Under the pieces are notes generated by a model, which ran no database searches, was not told where the DNA came from, and was given only the letters and a program-made list of their open reading frames with translations. Shown here in pieces: positions 1-8,335 of a stretch of DNA of 28,428 nucleotides. Positions within the stretch are counted from its first letter, which is position 1. Every line of letters begins with the position of its first letter. This DNA comes from Anaerolineales bacterium (GTDB taxonomy: Bacteria; Chloroflexota; Anaerolineae; Anaerolineales; UBA11657). The position numbers and the translations under genes were made by a program. The DNA lies in contig CANNEJ010000001.1 in the NCBI GenBank assembly GCA_947503585.1, positions 1 through 28,428 on the forward strand, in the 5' to 3' direction.

Positions 1-2
1 AG

Positions 3-455
3 CATATTGTGGATGATTGCTGTGTGGTGCGCAGCTCGTGGCTGTTTGGGTATGGCGGGCGCAACTTTTTGCACCGCATCTTGGAGCTGGCGCGCAGTGC
101 TGCACCGCTGCGCGTTGTGACGGACGAAACCGGTGCGCCCACCGCAGTTGAAGATTTAGCTGATGCCATTTTCAGCTTGATCGAAAGCCGCCAGCGCGGC
201 ATTTTTCATTTGGTGAACTCGGGCTTTGCCTCGCGCTACGAACTAGCGCGGGCTGTGCTGGACCTTTGCGGGCACAGTGCCACCAAAATTGAGCCCGCGC
301 TGCTTGCCGGCTTCCCACGCGCCTCCACGCCGCCGCGCAACGGCTGCCTGCGCAACAGCGCCGCCGCCGCAATCGGAATTAAATTGCGCCCGTGGCAGGA
401 CGCCCTGCCGGAGTTCATTGGCAGTTTGCAGCCCGCCGGCAGCGCTGCCCGCTGA
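3..455 (+). CDS. rfbD: dTDP-4-dehydrorhamnose reductase, C-terminal part (5' truncated by window edge)
   Basis: Open frame from position 3. Motifs VRSSWLFG..GRNF, VVTDETGAPT, GIFHLVNSG..SRYELA and the PRNGCL tail are typical of the RmlD substrate-binding region. Confidence 0.85.
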   Translation, partial: HIVDDCCVVRSSWLFGYGGRNFLHRILELARSAAPLRVVTDETGAPTAVEDLADAIFSLIESRQRGIFHLVNSGFASRYELARAVLDLCGHSATKIEPALLAGFPRASTPPRNGCLRNSAAAAIGIKLRPWQDALPEFIGSLQPAGSAAR

Positions 456-487
456 TTGCAGCCCGCAGCCGGGCAGCCGTCCCGCGC

Positions 488-1435
488 ATGATCTCGGTCA
501 TCATTCCCAACTGGAACGGCGCCGCACATTTACCCACGTGCCTGGCAGCTCTGCATGCGCAAACCGATCGTGATTTCGAAGTGCTGGTGGTGGACAACAA
601 CAGCACGGATGAATCGCTGCGCCTGCTGGCCGCACGCTACGCCGCGGTGCGGGTGATTGCGCTGCCGCACAACGCCGGCTTTACCGGCGCCTGCAACGCC
701 GGGCTGGCCGCCGCCTACGGCAGCATTTTGGCGCTGCTAAACAACGACACCGCCGCCGCGCCGGACTGGCTGGCCGAAGTGCGCGCCGCATTTGCACGCC
801 ACCCGCACGCAGGCAGCGTGGCCAGCCGCATGCTGCTGTTTGACAAGCGCGACACGCTGCACACTGCTGGCGACCTGTTTGGCAGCGATGGCATGCCCGC
901 CAACCGCGGCGTTTGGCAGACCGACACCGGCCAGTACTTTGAGGGCGAGGTCTTCTCCGCGTGTGGCGGCTCAGCCGCTTACCGCCGCAGCATGTTGGAG
1001 GAAACCGGCCTGCTGGACGAGCGCTTCTTTTTCTCTTGCGAAGATGTGGATCTTGGCTGGCGTGCGCAACTGCGCGGCTGGCGCTGCGTGTATGCGCCGC
1101 GTGCGATTGTGTATCACAAGCTGGCCAGCACAGGCGGCGGACCCACTGCCAGCTACTTTGACGGGCGCAACAGCATCCATGTGCTGGTGAAAGATGTGCC
1201 GGGCGTCGTTTGGCGGCTGCATTGGCGCAGCATTTTGATGCGCCAGCTGCAGCTGGCGTTGCAGGCGCTGCGCAGCTGGCGCGGGGCCGCAGCGCGCGCG
1301 CGGCTGCGTGGGCAGCTGGCAGGCCTTGCCGCTGTGCCCGCTATGTTGGCAGCGCGCCGCCGGGTTCAGGCAGCGCGCCTCATTTCCGACGAGCAAGTGC
1401 TGGCGCTCCTCAGCAGCCCGGTGCACAACACCTGA
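488..1435 (+). CDS. GT2 family glycosyltransferase (WbbL/rhamnosyltransferase-like)
   Basis: ATG at 488 gives MISVIIPNWNG, followed by VVDNNSTD, NAGFTGACNAG, LLNND, FSACGGSAAYRR and EDVDLGWR. The ORF-track start at 392 overlaps rfbD and was not used. Confidence 0.88.
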   Translation: MISVIIPNWNGAAHLPTCLAALHAQTDRDFEVLVVDNNSTDESLRLLAARYAAVRVIALPHNAGFTGACNAGLAAAYGSILALLNNDTAAAPDWLAEVRAAFARHPHAGSVASRMLLFDKRDTLHTAGDLFGSDGMPANRGVWQTDTGQYFEGEVFSACGGSAAYRRSMLEETGLLDERFFFSCEDVDLGWRAQLRGWRCVYAPRAIVYHKLASTGGGPTASYFDGRNSIHVLVKDVPGVVWRLHWRSILMRQLQLALQALRSWRGAAARARLRGQLAGLAAVPAMLAARRRVQAARLISDEQVLALLSSPVHNT

Positions 1436-1442
1436 TACCGCT

Positions 1443-2168
1443 ATGACGCTATTGTCCATCATCATCCCGGCCCACAACGAAGAGCGCCGCCTGAGCGAGA
1501 CGCTGCCGCGCGTGCTGCAGTTCTTGCGCACGCAAGATTATGCGTCCGAAGTACTGGTGGTGGAGAACGGCAGCAGCGACCGCACAGCAGCCGTGGTGGC
1601 TGAGCTGGCACGCAGCGAGCCGCGCCTGCAATTGCTGTGTGAGGCGCAGCGCGGCAAGGGGCTGGCAGTGCGGCGCGGCATGCTGGCTGCGCGCGGCGCG
1701 TTCCGCTTCATGTGCGACGCGGACCTCTCCATGCCAATCGAACAAGTTGTGCGGTTCCTGCCGGCGCAGCTGGCGGAATTTGACGTGGCGATTGGTTCGC
1801 GCGAAATCCCGGGCGCAGTGCGTTTTGGCGAGCCGGCTTTCACGCATCTGCGCGGCCGTGTATTCAGCAATCTGGTGAAGCTGGCCGTGCTGCCCGGCAT
1901 TGAGGACACGCAATGCGGATTTAAATGCTTCACGGCCGCGGCTGCGGAGGACTTGTTCCGCGTGCAGCGCTTGGACGGGCTGAGCTTTGATGTGGAGCTG
2001 CTGTTTATTGCGCGCCTGCGTGGCTACCGCATTCGCGAAGTGCCGATCGACTGGTATTTTCACCGCGAGACAAAAGTGCGCATGGTGCGCGATACCCTGC
2101 AGATGCTGCATGATGTGCTGACGCTGCGCCGCAACTTGCGCGCCGGGTTTTATGAGCGCGCAGCGTAA
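1443..2168 (+). CDS. GT2 polyprenyl/dolichyl-phosphate glycosyltransferase (Alg5/DPG-synthase-like)
   Basis: LSIIIPAHNEERRL, VVENGSSD, RGKGLAVRRG, DADLS, DTQCGFK and FDVELL motifs; ATG at 1443. Confidence 0.85.
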   Translation: MTLLSIIIPAHNEERRLSETLPRVLQFLRTQDYASEVLVVENGSSDRTAAVVAELARSEPRLQLLCEAQRGKGLAVRRGMLAARGAFRFMCDADLSMPIEQVVRFLPAQLAEFDVAIGSREIPGAVRFGEPAFTHLRGRVFSNLVKLAVLPGIEDTQCGFKCFTAAAAEDLFRVQRLDGLSFDVELLFIARLRGYRIREVPIDWYFHRETKVRMVRDTLQMLHDVLTLRRNLRAGFYERAA

Positions 2169-2805
2169 GCCGCCGCAGCTGCGCTTGGAGCGGCGGCTGT
2201 GGGCTGCCGGCTGCCGTTATGTGGCGGGCGTTGATGAAGCCGGCCGCGGTGCGTGGGCCGGTCCGGTGGTGGCTGCAGCCGTCATCCTGCCCGCAGACCG
2301 CAAAGACCTGCGCCGCCGGCTGGCGGGCGTGCTGGACTCCAAGCTGCTGAGCAGCAGCCAGCGCGCAAAACTTGCGGTTGCCATTCGCGCAACCGCACTG
2401 GCCGTGGGTGTGGGCGGCGCCGGACCAATGGAAATCGACCGCGACGGAATTCTGCCGGCAACGCGCGCGGCGATGCAGCGCGCGATTGCAGCGCTGCGGC
2501 CGCGGCCGCGCCACTTGCTGGTGGACGCAGTGGACCTGCGCGCTGTGGTGGCACTGCCGCAGCAGCGCATGCACCATGGCGAGCATGCGTCGCTCTCAAT
2601 TGCAGCGGCGTCCATCATCGCCAAGGTGGCGCGGGACGAGTTGATGCAGGCACTCGACACACACTATCCCGAATATGGCTTTGCAAAGCACAAGGGCTAC
2701 GGCACCCGCGCGCACCAGCTGGCGCTGCACACGCATGGCGCAGCGCCGGTGCACCGCCACTCGTTCCGGCCGCTGGCTGCGTTGGCTGCGCCGGCCGCTG
2801 CGTAG
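2152..2805 (+). CDS. rnhB: Ribonuclease HII
   Basis: GVDEAGRG, GPVVAAAVIL, DSK, LLVDA, SIAAASIIAKVARD, KHKGYGT and HRHSF motifs; overlaps the upstream gene by 17 nt. Confidence 0.93.
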   Translation: MSAQRKPPQLRLERRLWAAGCRYVAGVDEAGRGAWAGPVVAAAVILPADRKDLRRRLAGVLDSKLLSSSQRAKLAVAIRATALAVGVGGAGPMEIDRDGILPATRAAMQRAIAALRPRPRHLLVDAVDLRAVVALPQQRMHHGEHASLSIAAASIIAKVARDELMQALDTHYPEYGFAKHKGYGTRAHQLALHTHGAAPVHRHSFRPLAALAAPAAA

Positions 2806-2811
2806 GCGCGC

Positions 2812-3897
2812 ATGCGTGTCGCAATCGTACATGACTGGCTGAACCAGCGCGGCGGCGCCGAGGATGTGCTTGAGCGCATGCAGGCACTGTATCCCGCTGC
2901 GCCCGTGTTCACCAGCATCTACGCGCCGGAGACGATGCCGGCAGCTTACCGGCAGTGGGACATTCGCACAGCCTTCACCAACCGCCTGCCTGGAATTCAC
3001 CGCCGCCACCAACCGTATCTGCTTTTGTATCCGCTGGCATTTGCCGGCTTCAACCTTGCCGGCCACAATGTGATCCTCTCCAACAAGAGCGGCTTTTGCA
3101 TGGAAGTGCGCAAGCCAGCGGGCGCGCTGCACGTGTGCTACTGCCTGACGCCCACGCGCTATGTTTGGGGCCTTGAAGACTATGCGGCGCGCGAGCCAAT
3201 CCCGGCCGGCATGCTGGCTGCCCTGCGCCTGCTGGTGCCGTGGCTGCAGCGCCGTGAGCGCGCGGCCGCCCGCAGCGTCGATCACTTTCTCGCCATCTCC
3301 AGCGCCGTGCAGCAGCGCATTGCGCTGCACTACGGGCGCGAATCCACCGTGCTACATCCGCCGGTGGAAACCGCCCGCTTTGCACCCACGGCTGCACCCG
3401 GCGATTATTTTCTGGTGGTGTCCCGGCTGGTGCCGTACAAGCGCATAGATTTGGCTGTGCGCGCCTGCACAAGTTTGCAGCTGCCGTTAGTAGTGGCCGG
3501 CGAGGGGCGCGATCTGCAGCGCTTGCAGCAGATGGCCGGCCCAACCATCAAGTTCATTGGCCGTGTACCGGCGGCCGGGCTGCCGGACCTGCTGGCAGGC
3601 TGCCGGGCTTTTATCTTTCCGGGCTTGGAAGACTTTGGAATTGCACCAGTGCAGGCGCTGGCCAGCGGCCGGCCGGTGATAGCCTTCGCCGGCGGCGGTG
3701 CGCTGGATTACGTTGATGCGCAGCACACCGGCTGCCTGTTCCAAGAACAAACTGTTGAAGCGCTTGAAGCAGCCTTGCGCAGCATCCGCCCGCAAGACTA
3801 CGAACCCGCCGCATTGCAGCGCTTCGCGTTACAATTCGATGTCAGCGTGTTTGATGAGCGCTTGCGCGCCTTCATCGCCAAGCATGCGCCGGCATAA
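2812..3897 (+). CDS. GT4 family glycosyltransferase (WbaZ-like)
   Basis: MRVAIVHDWL..RGGAE, HVCYCLTPTRY, VSRLVPYKR and EDFGIAPVQA motifs. Confidence 0.9.
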   Translation: MRVAIVHDWLNQRGGAEDVLERMQALYPAAPVFTSIYAPETMPAAYRQWDIRTAFTNRLPGIHRRHQPYLLLYPLAFAGFNLAGHNVILSNKSGFCMEVRKPAGALHVCYCLTPTRYVWGLEDYAAREPIPAGMLAALRLLVPWLQRRERAAARSVDHFLAISSAVQQRIALHYGRESTVLHPPVETARFAPTAAPGDYFLVVSRLVPYKRIDLAVRACTSLQLPLVVAGEGRDLQRLQQMAGPTIKFIGRVPAAGLPDLLAGCRAFIFPGLEDFGIAPVQALASGRPVIAFAGGGALDYVDAQHTGCLFQEQTVEALEAALRSIRPQDYEPAALQRFALQFDVSVFDERLRAFIAKHAPA

Positions 3898-3899
3898 AA

Positions 3900-4586
3900 A
3901 TGGAATTGCGCGCCTACGGAATAATCTTGCGCCGCTGGTGGTGGGCCGCCTTGCTGCCCGCGTTGGTGGTTAGCGGTATCGGCCTCGCAACTTATGCGCA
4001 GCCGATGCCGGCCTATGTCACCACGCTGCGCTTTTTTGCCAGCTTGCCGCCAACGACCACAACAGCCGGCAGCTTTGACCCTGCCTACTACAGCTGGCTC
4101 TCCTCCGAATACACTGTGGCGGCCCTTGCAGATTGGGTGCGCACCGGAGACTTTGCAAGCGCGGTCAGCGCCAACCTGCAGCCGGACGGCGTGCTACTGG
4201 AAGCGTCAGCCGTGCAGGCTGCGCTCTCCAGCGACTACGCGCGCAGCATGCTAAGCGTGTATGTGCGCGCAGCCTCGCAAGCAGACGCGGCTGCATTGGC
4301 GCACGCCGTAACCCGCGTCCTGCAAACTCAAAACGCAAATGTCTTCCCGCAGCTGGGCGGCACGCCGGCACAGGTGCTGGCATTGGACGAACCCGTAGTG
4401 GCGCTCGCCGCCCCGGGCTGGAATGAAACGTTTGCGCTGCCATTGCGCGTGCTGGCCGGCCTTGGGGCGGGCTTGCTGCTGGCATTTGGCGCGCACTATC
4501 TGGACCCGCACCTGCACACCCGCAGCGACGCCGAACAGCTTGGCCTCACCGTAATCGGCCAGATTCCGCGCCGCAAGGGGCGCTAA
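3900..4586 (+). CDS. Wzz/CapA(YveK)-like polysaccharide co-polymerase, copy 1
   Basis: N-terminal TM segment after ILRRWWW, C-terminal TM segment, and the tail YLDPHLHTRSDAE.LGLTVIGQIP typical of CapA-type kinase activators. Confidence 0.78.
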   Translation: MELRAYGIILRRWWWAALLPALVVSGIGLATYAQPMPAYVTTLRFFASLPPTTTTAGSFDPAYYSWLSSEYTVAALADWVRTGDFASAVSANLQPDGVLLEASAVQAALSSDYARSMLSVYVRAASQADAAALAHAVTRVLQTQNANVFPQLGGTPAQVLALDEPVVALAAPGWNETFALPLRVLAGLGAGLLLAFGAHYLDPHLHTRSDAEQLGLTVIGQIPRRKGR

Positions 4587-4594
4587 ATCCTGCA

Positions 4595-4603
4595 TGGTAA
4601 ACT
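4595..4603 (+). promoter_or_regulatory. Candidate extended -10 promoter (TG-G-TAAACT) upstream of the second Wzz-like gene
   Basis: TGGTAAACT lies in the 36-bp intergenic gap, about 20 nt before ATG 4623. Confidence 0.45.
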
Positions 4604-4622
4604 TTGCGCTCGACATTGCATA

Positions 4623-5297
4623 ATGCCACTCGGTGAATATTTCCGCATCCTGCGCCGGCGCGGCTGGATCATTGTGCTGCTGGCCTGTCTTACAGCAGCC
4701 AGCGCGCTTGTGTTCAGCACCGTGCAAAACCCGGTCTACCGTGCCACAGTAAATGTGCTGGTGCAGCCCGCGCGCACGGACTTCGGCCTGGCGCAAAGCG
4801 CCAAGCTGCTGCTCGATTCTTATGTGGCCTTCCTTGATACTGACAACAGCGCCGCAGCCATCATTCAGGATTTGCAGCTGGACATGCTGCCCGAAACTCT
4901 GCGCGCAGATGTAAGCATCGCTGCCGAGGCGCAGCGCTTTCTGATCACCATTGAAGTGGACAATGAAAACGGGGATGCGGCCAACGACATTGCGCGCAAG
5001 TGGGCCGAGCTGCTGGTGCAGTGGCGCAATGATGAAAACCAAAAGCAGCGCCGCGAAGACCGCGTTACCGCGCTGCTGCTTGACGCGCCGCGCTACGTGC
5101 TCGATCACCCGCGCCGCGGCCTCAACACAGCGGCCGGCGGTGTGCTGGGCATTTTGCTTGGCGGCTTGCTCATCTTCTTCCTCGAATATTGGGATGCGGG
5201 CATTCTGCGCACGCGGACGGATGTGGAGCGCCAGCTGAACCTTGCGGTGCTGGGCGCCATTCCCGCTGTCTCCAGCAGCACGCGAGCCGGCAGATAA
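4623..5297 (+). CDS. Wzz/CapA-like polysaccharide co-polymerase, copy 2
   Basis: EYFRILRRRGWII TM segment, PVYRATVNVLV, a second TM segment, and the tail LRTRTDVERQLNLAVLGAIP. Confidence 0.8.
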   Translation: MPLGEYFRILRRRGWIIVLLACLTAASALVFSTVQNPVYRATVNVLVQPARTDFGLAQSAKLLLDSYVAFLDTDNSAAAIIQDLQLDMLPETLRADVSIAAEAQRFLITIEVDNENGDAANDIARKWAELLVQWRNDENQKQRREDRVTALLLDAPRYVLDHPRRGLNTAAGGVLGILLGGLLIFFLEYWDAGILRTRTDVERQLNLAVLGAIPAVSSSTRAGR

Positions 5298-5298
5298 C

Positions 5299-5946
5299 AT
5301 GGCACCGAACCTAATCACGCTTACGGACCCGCGCTCCCCGGCGGCCGAAGCCTACCGCGCACTGCGCACCAACCTGCTCTTCAGCGCACTGGAGCGCGCC
5401 CTGCCCACGCTGCTGATTACCACGCCATCGGCAGCCACGGCGGATGCCAAAAGCGAGTGCGCTGCAAATCTGGCCGTTACGCTGGCGCAGTCCGATCGCA
5501 GCGTGCTGCTGGTGGATTGTGACCTGCGCCAGCCGCGCCAGCATGCGCTATGGGGACTGGCTGCTGATCGCGGGCTTAGCAGCGCGCTGCGCGATGGCGG
5601 CGCGCTGCCCGTGTGCGCGGTGAATGTGCCCAACTTGAAAGTGCTGCCCGCCGGCCCGCACCCGGACAATCCGGCCGACCTGCTCGGTTCGCGCAAAATG
5701 GAAGCGCTCTTGCTGACACTGCAGCAGCAGGCCGAGATTGTAATTTTTGACGCACCGCCGGTGCTGGTGGTTACTGACGCCGTGCTGCTGGCCTCCAAGC
5801 TGGCCGGTGCCCTGCTGGTGCTGAGCGCCGGGCATACCCGCCGCGACGACGCCGAGCGCGCCAGCGAGCTGCTGCAAAAGGGCCGCATTCATATTTTGGG
5901 CGCCGTGCTGGCCAACGCTGAAGACAGCGGCCAGCGCACCTACTAA
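5299..5946 (+). CDS. CpsD/CapB-family BY-kinase-like ATPase with degenerate Walker A
   Basis: PRSPAAEAYRALRTNL, LLVDCDLRQP (Walker A'), IVIFDAPPVL (Walker B) and DAVLL. ATG at 5299 directly follows the wzz stop. Confidence 0.85.
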   Translation: MAPNLITLTDPRSPAAEAYRALRTNLLFSALERALPTLLITTPSAATADAKSECAANLAVTLAQSDRSVLLVDCDLRQPRQHALWGLAADRGLSSALRDGGALPVCAVNVPNLKVLPAGPHPDNPADLLGSRKMEALLLTLQQQAEIVIFDAPPVLVVTDAVLLASKLAGALLVLSAGHTRRDDAERASELLQKGRIHILGAVLANAEDSGQRTY

Positions 5947-6003
5947 GCCCAGCATGCTGCGCAGCGCAGCCTACCCGGCGCGCACCTGCCAGCGAAAATA
6001 ATT

Positions 6004-7071
6004 ATGAAGGGCCTCATCCTCTCCGGCGGCAAGGGCACGCGGCTCTATCCGCTGACTTACACGCGCGCCAAGCAGCTCATTCCGATTGCCAACGAGCCCG
6101 TGCTCTTTCGCGTCATTCGCGCCATTCGCGATGCCGGCGTAAACGAGATTGGCATTGTGATCGGCGAGACCGGCCCCGAAGTGCGCGAGGCCGTGGGCGA
6201 TGGCAGCCGCTGGGGTGTGCGCGTTACGTACATCGAGCAGGACAAGCCGGCGGGGCTCGCACACGCAGTGCAAATTTCACGCGCGTTCCTGGGCGACGAG
6301 CGCTTTGTGATGTTCCTTGGCGACAATGTGATCCAAGGCGGCATCAGCCCGCTGATTGAGCAATTTGCCAGCTCGCCATGGAACAGCCAGATTGTGCTGA
6401 CGCGCGTGCCCAACCCGCAGCACTTTGGCGTGGCTGAGCTGCACGCGGACGGCTCCATCAAACAGCTTGTGGAAAAGCCCGCCGTACCTGCCTCAGACTT
6501 GGCGCTCGTGGGCATCTACATGTTTGACGCACACATTTTTGAAGCAGTGGCTGCCATCAAGCCATCGGCGCGCGGCGAGCTCGAGATTACAGATGCAATT
6601 CAATGGCTGGTGAGCGCCGGCAAAAGCGTGCACCCCTATGTGCACAGCGGCTGGTGGATCGACACCGGGAAACCACTGGACATGCTAAGCGCCAACAACC
6701 GCGTGCTTGAAGAGCTGGCGCCGGGCAACGCTGGCACCGTGGATGACAAATCAACGCTTGGCCACCACGTGATTGTGCAGGCGGGCGCCACCATCATCAA
6801 CAGCGTGGTGCGCGGGCCAACCATCATTGGCGAAAATACGCGTCTCGAAAACGCCTACATCGGCCCGTACACCTCTGTGTATCACGATTGCGAAATCGTT
6901 AATTCTGAGCTGGAGCACTCGATTGTGCTGGAGCATGTGCGCCTTACGAATGTGCCGCTGCGTATCGTTGACAGCATGATCGGACGCTATGCTGAGATCG
7001 GCCACACCACACACCTGCCGCGCGCGCTGCAAACAAACCTCGGCGACCACAGCAAACTCTGGGTGCCGTAG
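6004..7071 (+). CDS. rfbA: Glucose-1-phosphate thymidylyltransferase, long form with C-terminal beta-helix
   Basis: KGLILSGGKGTRLYPLT...KQLIP, PAGLAHAV, VEKP, SARGELEITDAI and WWIDTG motifs; 355 aa. Confidence 0.92.
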   Translation: MKGLILSGGKGTRLYPLTYTRAKQLIPIANEPVLFRVIRAIRDAGVNEIGIVIGETGPEVREAVGDGSRWGVRVTYIEQDKPAGLAHAVQISRAFLGDERFVMFLGDNVIQGGISPLIEQFASSPWNSQIVLTRVPNPQHFGVAELHADGSIKQLVEKPAVPASDLALVGIYMFDAHIFEAVAAIKPSARGELEITDAIQWLVSAGKSVHPYVHSGWWIDTGKPLDMLSANNRVLEELAPGNAGTVDDKSTLGHHVIVQAGATIINSVVRGPTIIGENTRLENAYIGPYTSVYHDCEIVNSELEHSIVLEHVRLTNVPLRIVDSMIGRYAEIGHTTHLPRALQTNLGDHSKLWVP

Positions 7072-7155
7072 CGTGGCGGCCGCCCGCGCCGATTGCCATT
7101 CCGCGAATTCAAACCCGGGGAATCACGTGGGCTGCTGGCACAGAGTTAATTTAGC

Positions 7156-8241
7156 ATGAGCCACAGCAACGCTGCAAATTGGCGCGCTTTGCAGGCGGCC
7201 GGCAAAGGCGCGCGCGCCTTTGCAGTTCACCTCAAGCGCTTTGAAGCAATTGTGCTGCGCGCATCGGCACAAACCGCGCGCGGCCTGCGGCGCCATCTGG
7301 CGGTGCGCTGCTATCTCGAAGATTTGCGCACTCCGGCTTTTATGCTGCAAGGCTTGGGGCGCGTGTATCGCAAAGTCCTGCCGCACGCTGCAGGCGCCGT
7401 GATCGAGCGCCAGCGCTTAATTTATAAAGGGGTGGAGGATACGCTTGGCGAATTTGATGCCTGGCACACGCTGCTTGTGCGCGCCCAAACGGCGTGGCGC
7501 GCGCCCACCGAAGTGCAGGCCTGGTTTCACGACAACCGCATGCACGCTGCGGGCCGCGTAGATGCTGCTTTGCATTTTTTGAAGCTGACGCCAGAAGAAG
7601 GCGGGCATGGCTCAGCTGGCGGCGCCCACAACATCCCGGCGCTGGTTGGCATACGCGCCGAGTGCGCCGAATTGCCATGGCCAGCGGATCGGAAGGATCG
7701 CAAAAAAGTGGCGCGGTTTCTGGCAGACGAGTTGCGCGAGATTGAAGAGCAGTGCGAAAGCGGCACGCTAAATCTGCGCGATCTTGAAGGCGGATTGCAT
7801 GAGCTGCGCCGCCGCCTGCGCTGGCCGTCTGTGTATGCTGCGGCCCTCAACGGACTGGTGGTTATCGGCCCGCAGAATGCAGCTGCGGCCGGCCTCACCC
7901 ATTACTTTACGGCGGCAGTGACGGGTTCGCGCCATGCGCACCTGCCGCGCAACCGCCGGGTAGCGCAGCCGCTCGAAATTAACTATGCACACTGGATGGC
8001 GCTCAGCTGGCTAATTCAGGAACTGGGGCTGCTGAAAGACCGGCGCCAATGGACAGCAGCGCTGAAGGCCGCGTTAAGCGGCAGTGGTGCGCGCCCGGGC
8101 AGGGCGCTGGCGCAAATGCTGGGCAAGGACTTCAGCACAGCAGCAACCACTGCGCGCGCGGCTACCAATGCCATCGAGCGCCTTGTCCTCAAAGAGCGCG
8201 TGCTGGGCTGCATCGCAAACGAGCTGGACCGCCAGAAATAA
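7156..8241 (+). CDS. Hypothetical helical protein with CHAD-like motifs
   Basis: 361-aa ORF fills the gap. LHELRRRLRW..Y, EDTLGEFD and QELGLLKD resemble the two CHAD half-repeats. Confidence 0.6.
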   Translation: MSHSNAANWRALQAAGKGARAFAVHLKRFEAIVLRASAQTARGLRRHLAVRCYLEDLRTPAFMLQGLGRVYRKVLPHAAGAVIERQRLIYKGVEDTLGEFDAWHTLLVRAQTAWRAPTEVQAWFHDNRMHAAGRVDAALHFLKLTPEEGGHGSAGGAHNIPALVGIRAECAELPWPADRKDRKKVARFLADELREIEEQCESGTLNLRDLEGGLHELRRRLRWPSVYAAALNGLVVIGPQNAAAAGLTHYFTAAVTGSRHAHLPRNRRVAQPLEINYAHWMALSWLIQELGLLKDRRQWTAALKAALSGSGARPGRALAQMLGKDFSTAATTARAATNAIERLVLKERVLGCIANELDRQK

Positions 8242-8283
8242 ATCCAACGCCCGGGAGCAAATCGGCAGCCGCCGCTTTGCTTT

Positions 8284-8292
8284 TGTTACAAT
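8284..8292 (+). promoter_or_regulatory. Candidate extended -10 promoter (TG-T-TACAAT) for acnA
   Basis: TGTTACAAT in the AT-richer intergenic region, about 44 nt before the acnA ATG. Confidence 0.55.
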
Positions 8293-8335
8293 CGCAGTGG
8301 TGCCAATATCTGCCGCATACCCTTAAGAGAGTACT

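Noticed and set aside
4251-5318. 355-aa minus-strand ORF
   Set aside because: Antisense shadow of the wzz-like genes with no recognisable motifs; expected in high-GC coding DNA.
7085-7130. tRNA T-loop-like TTCAAAC and a short inverted repeat
   Set aside because: No T-stem pairing, cloverleaf or acceptor stem.
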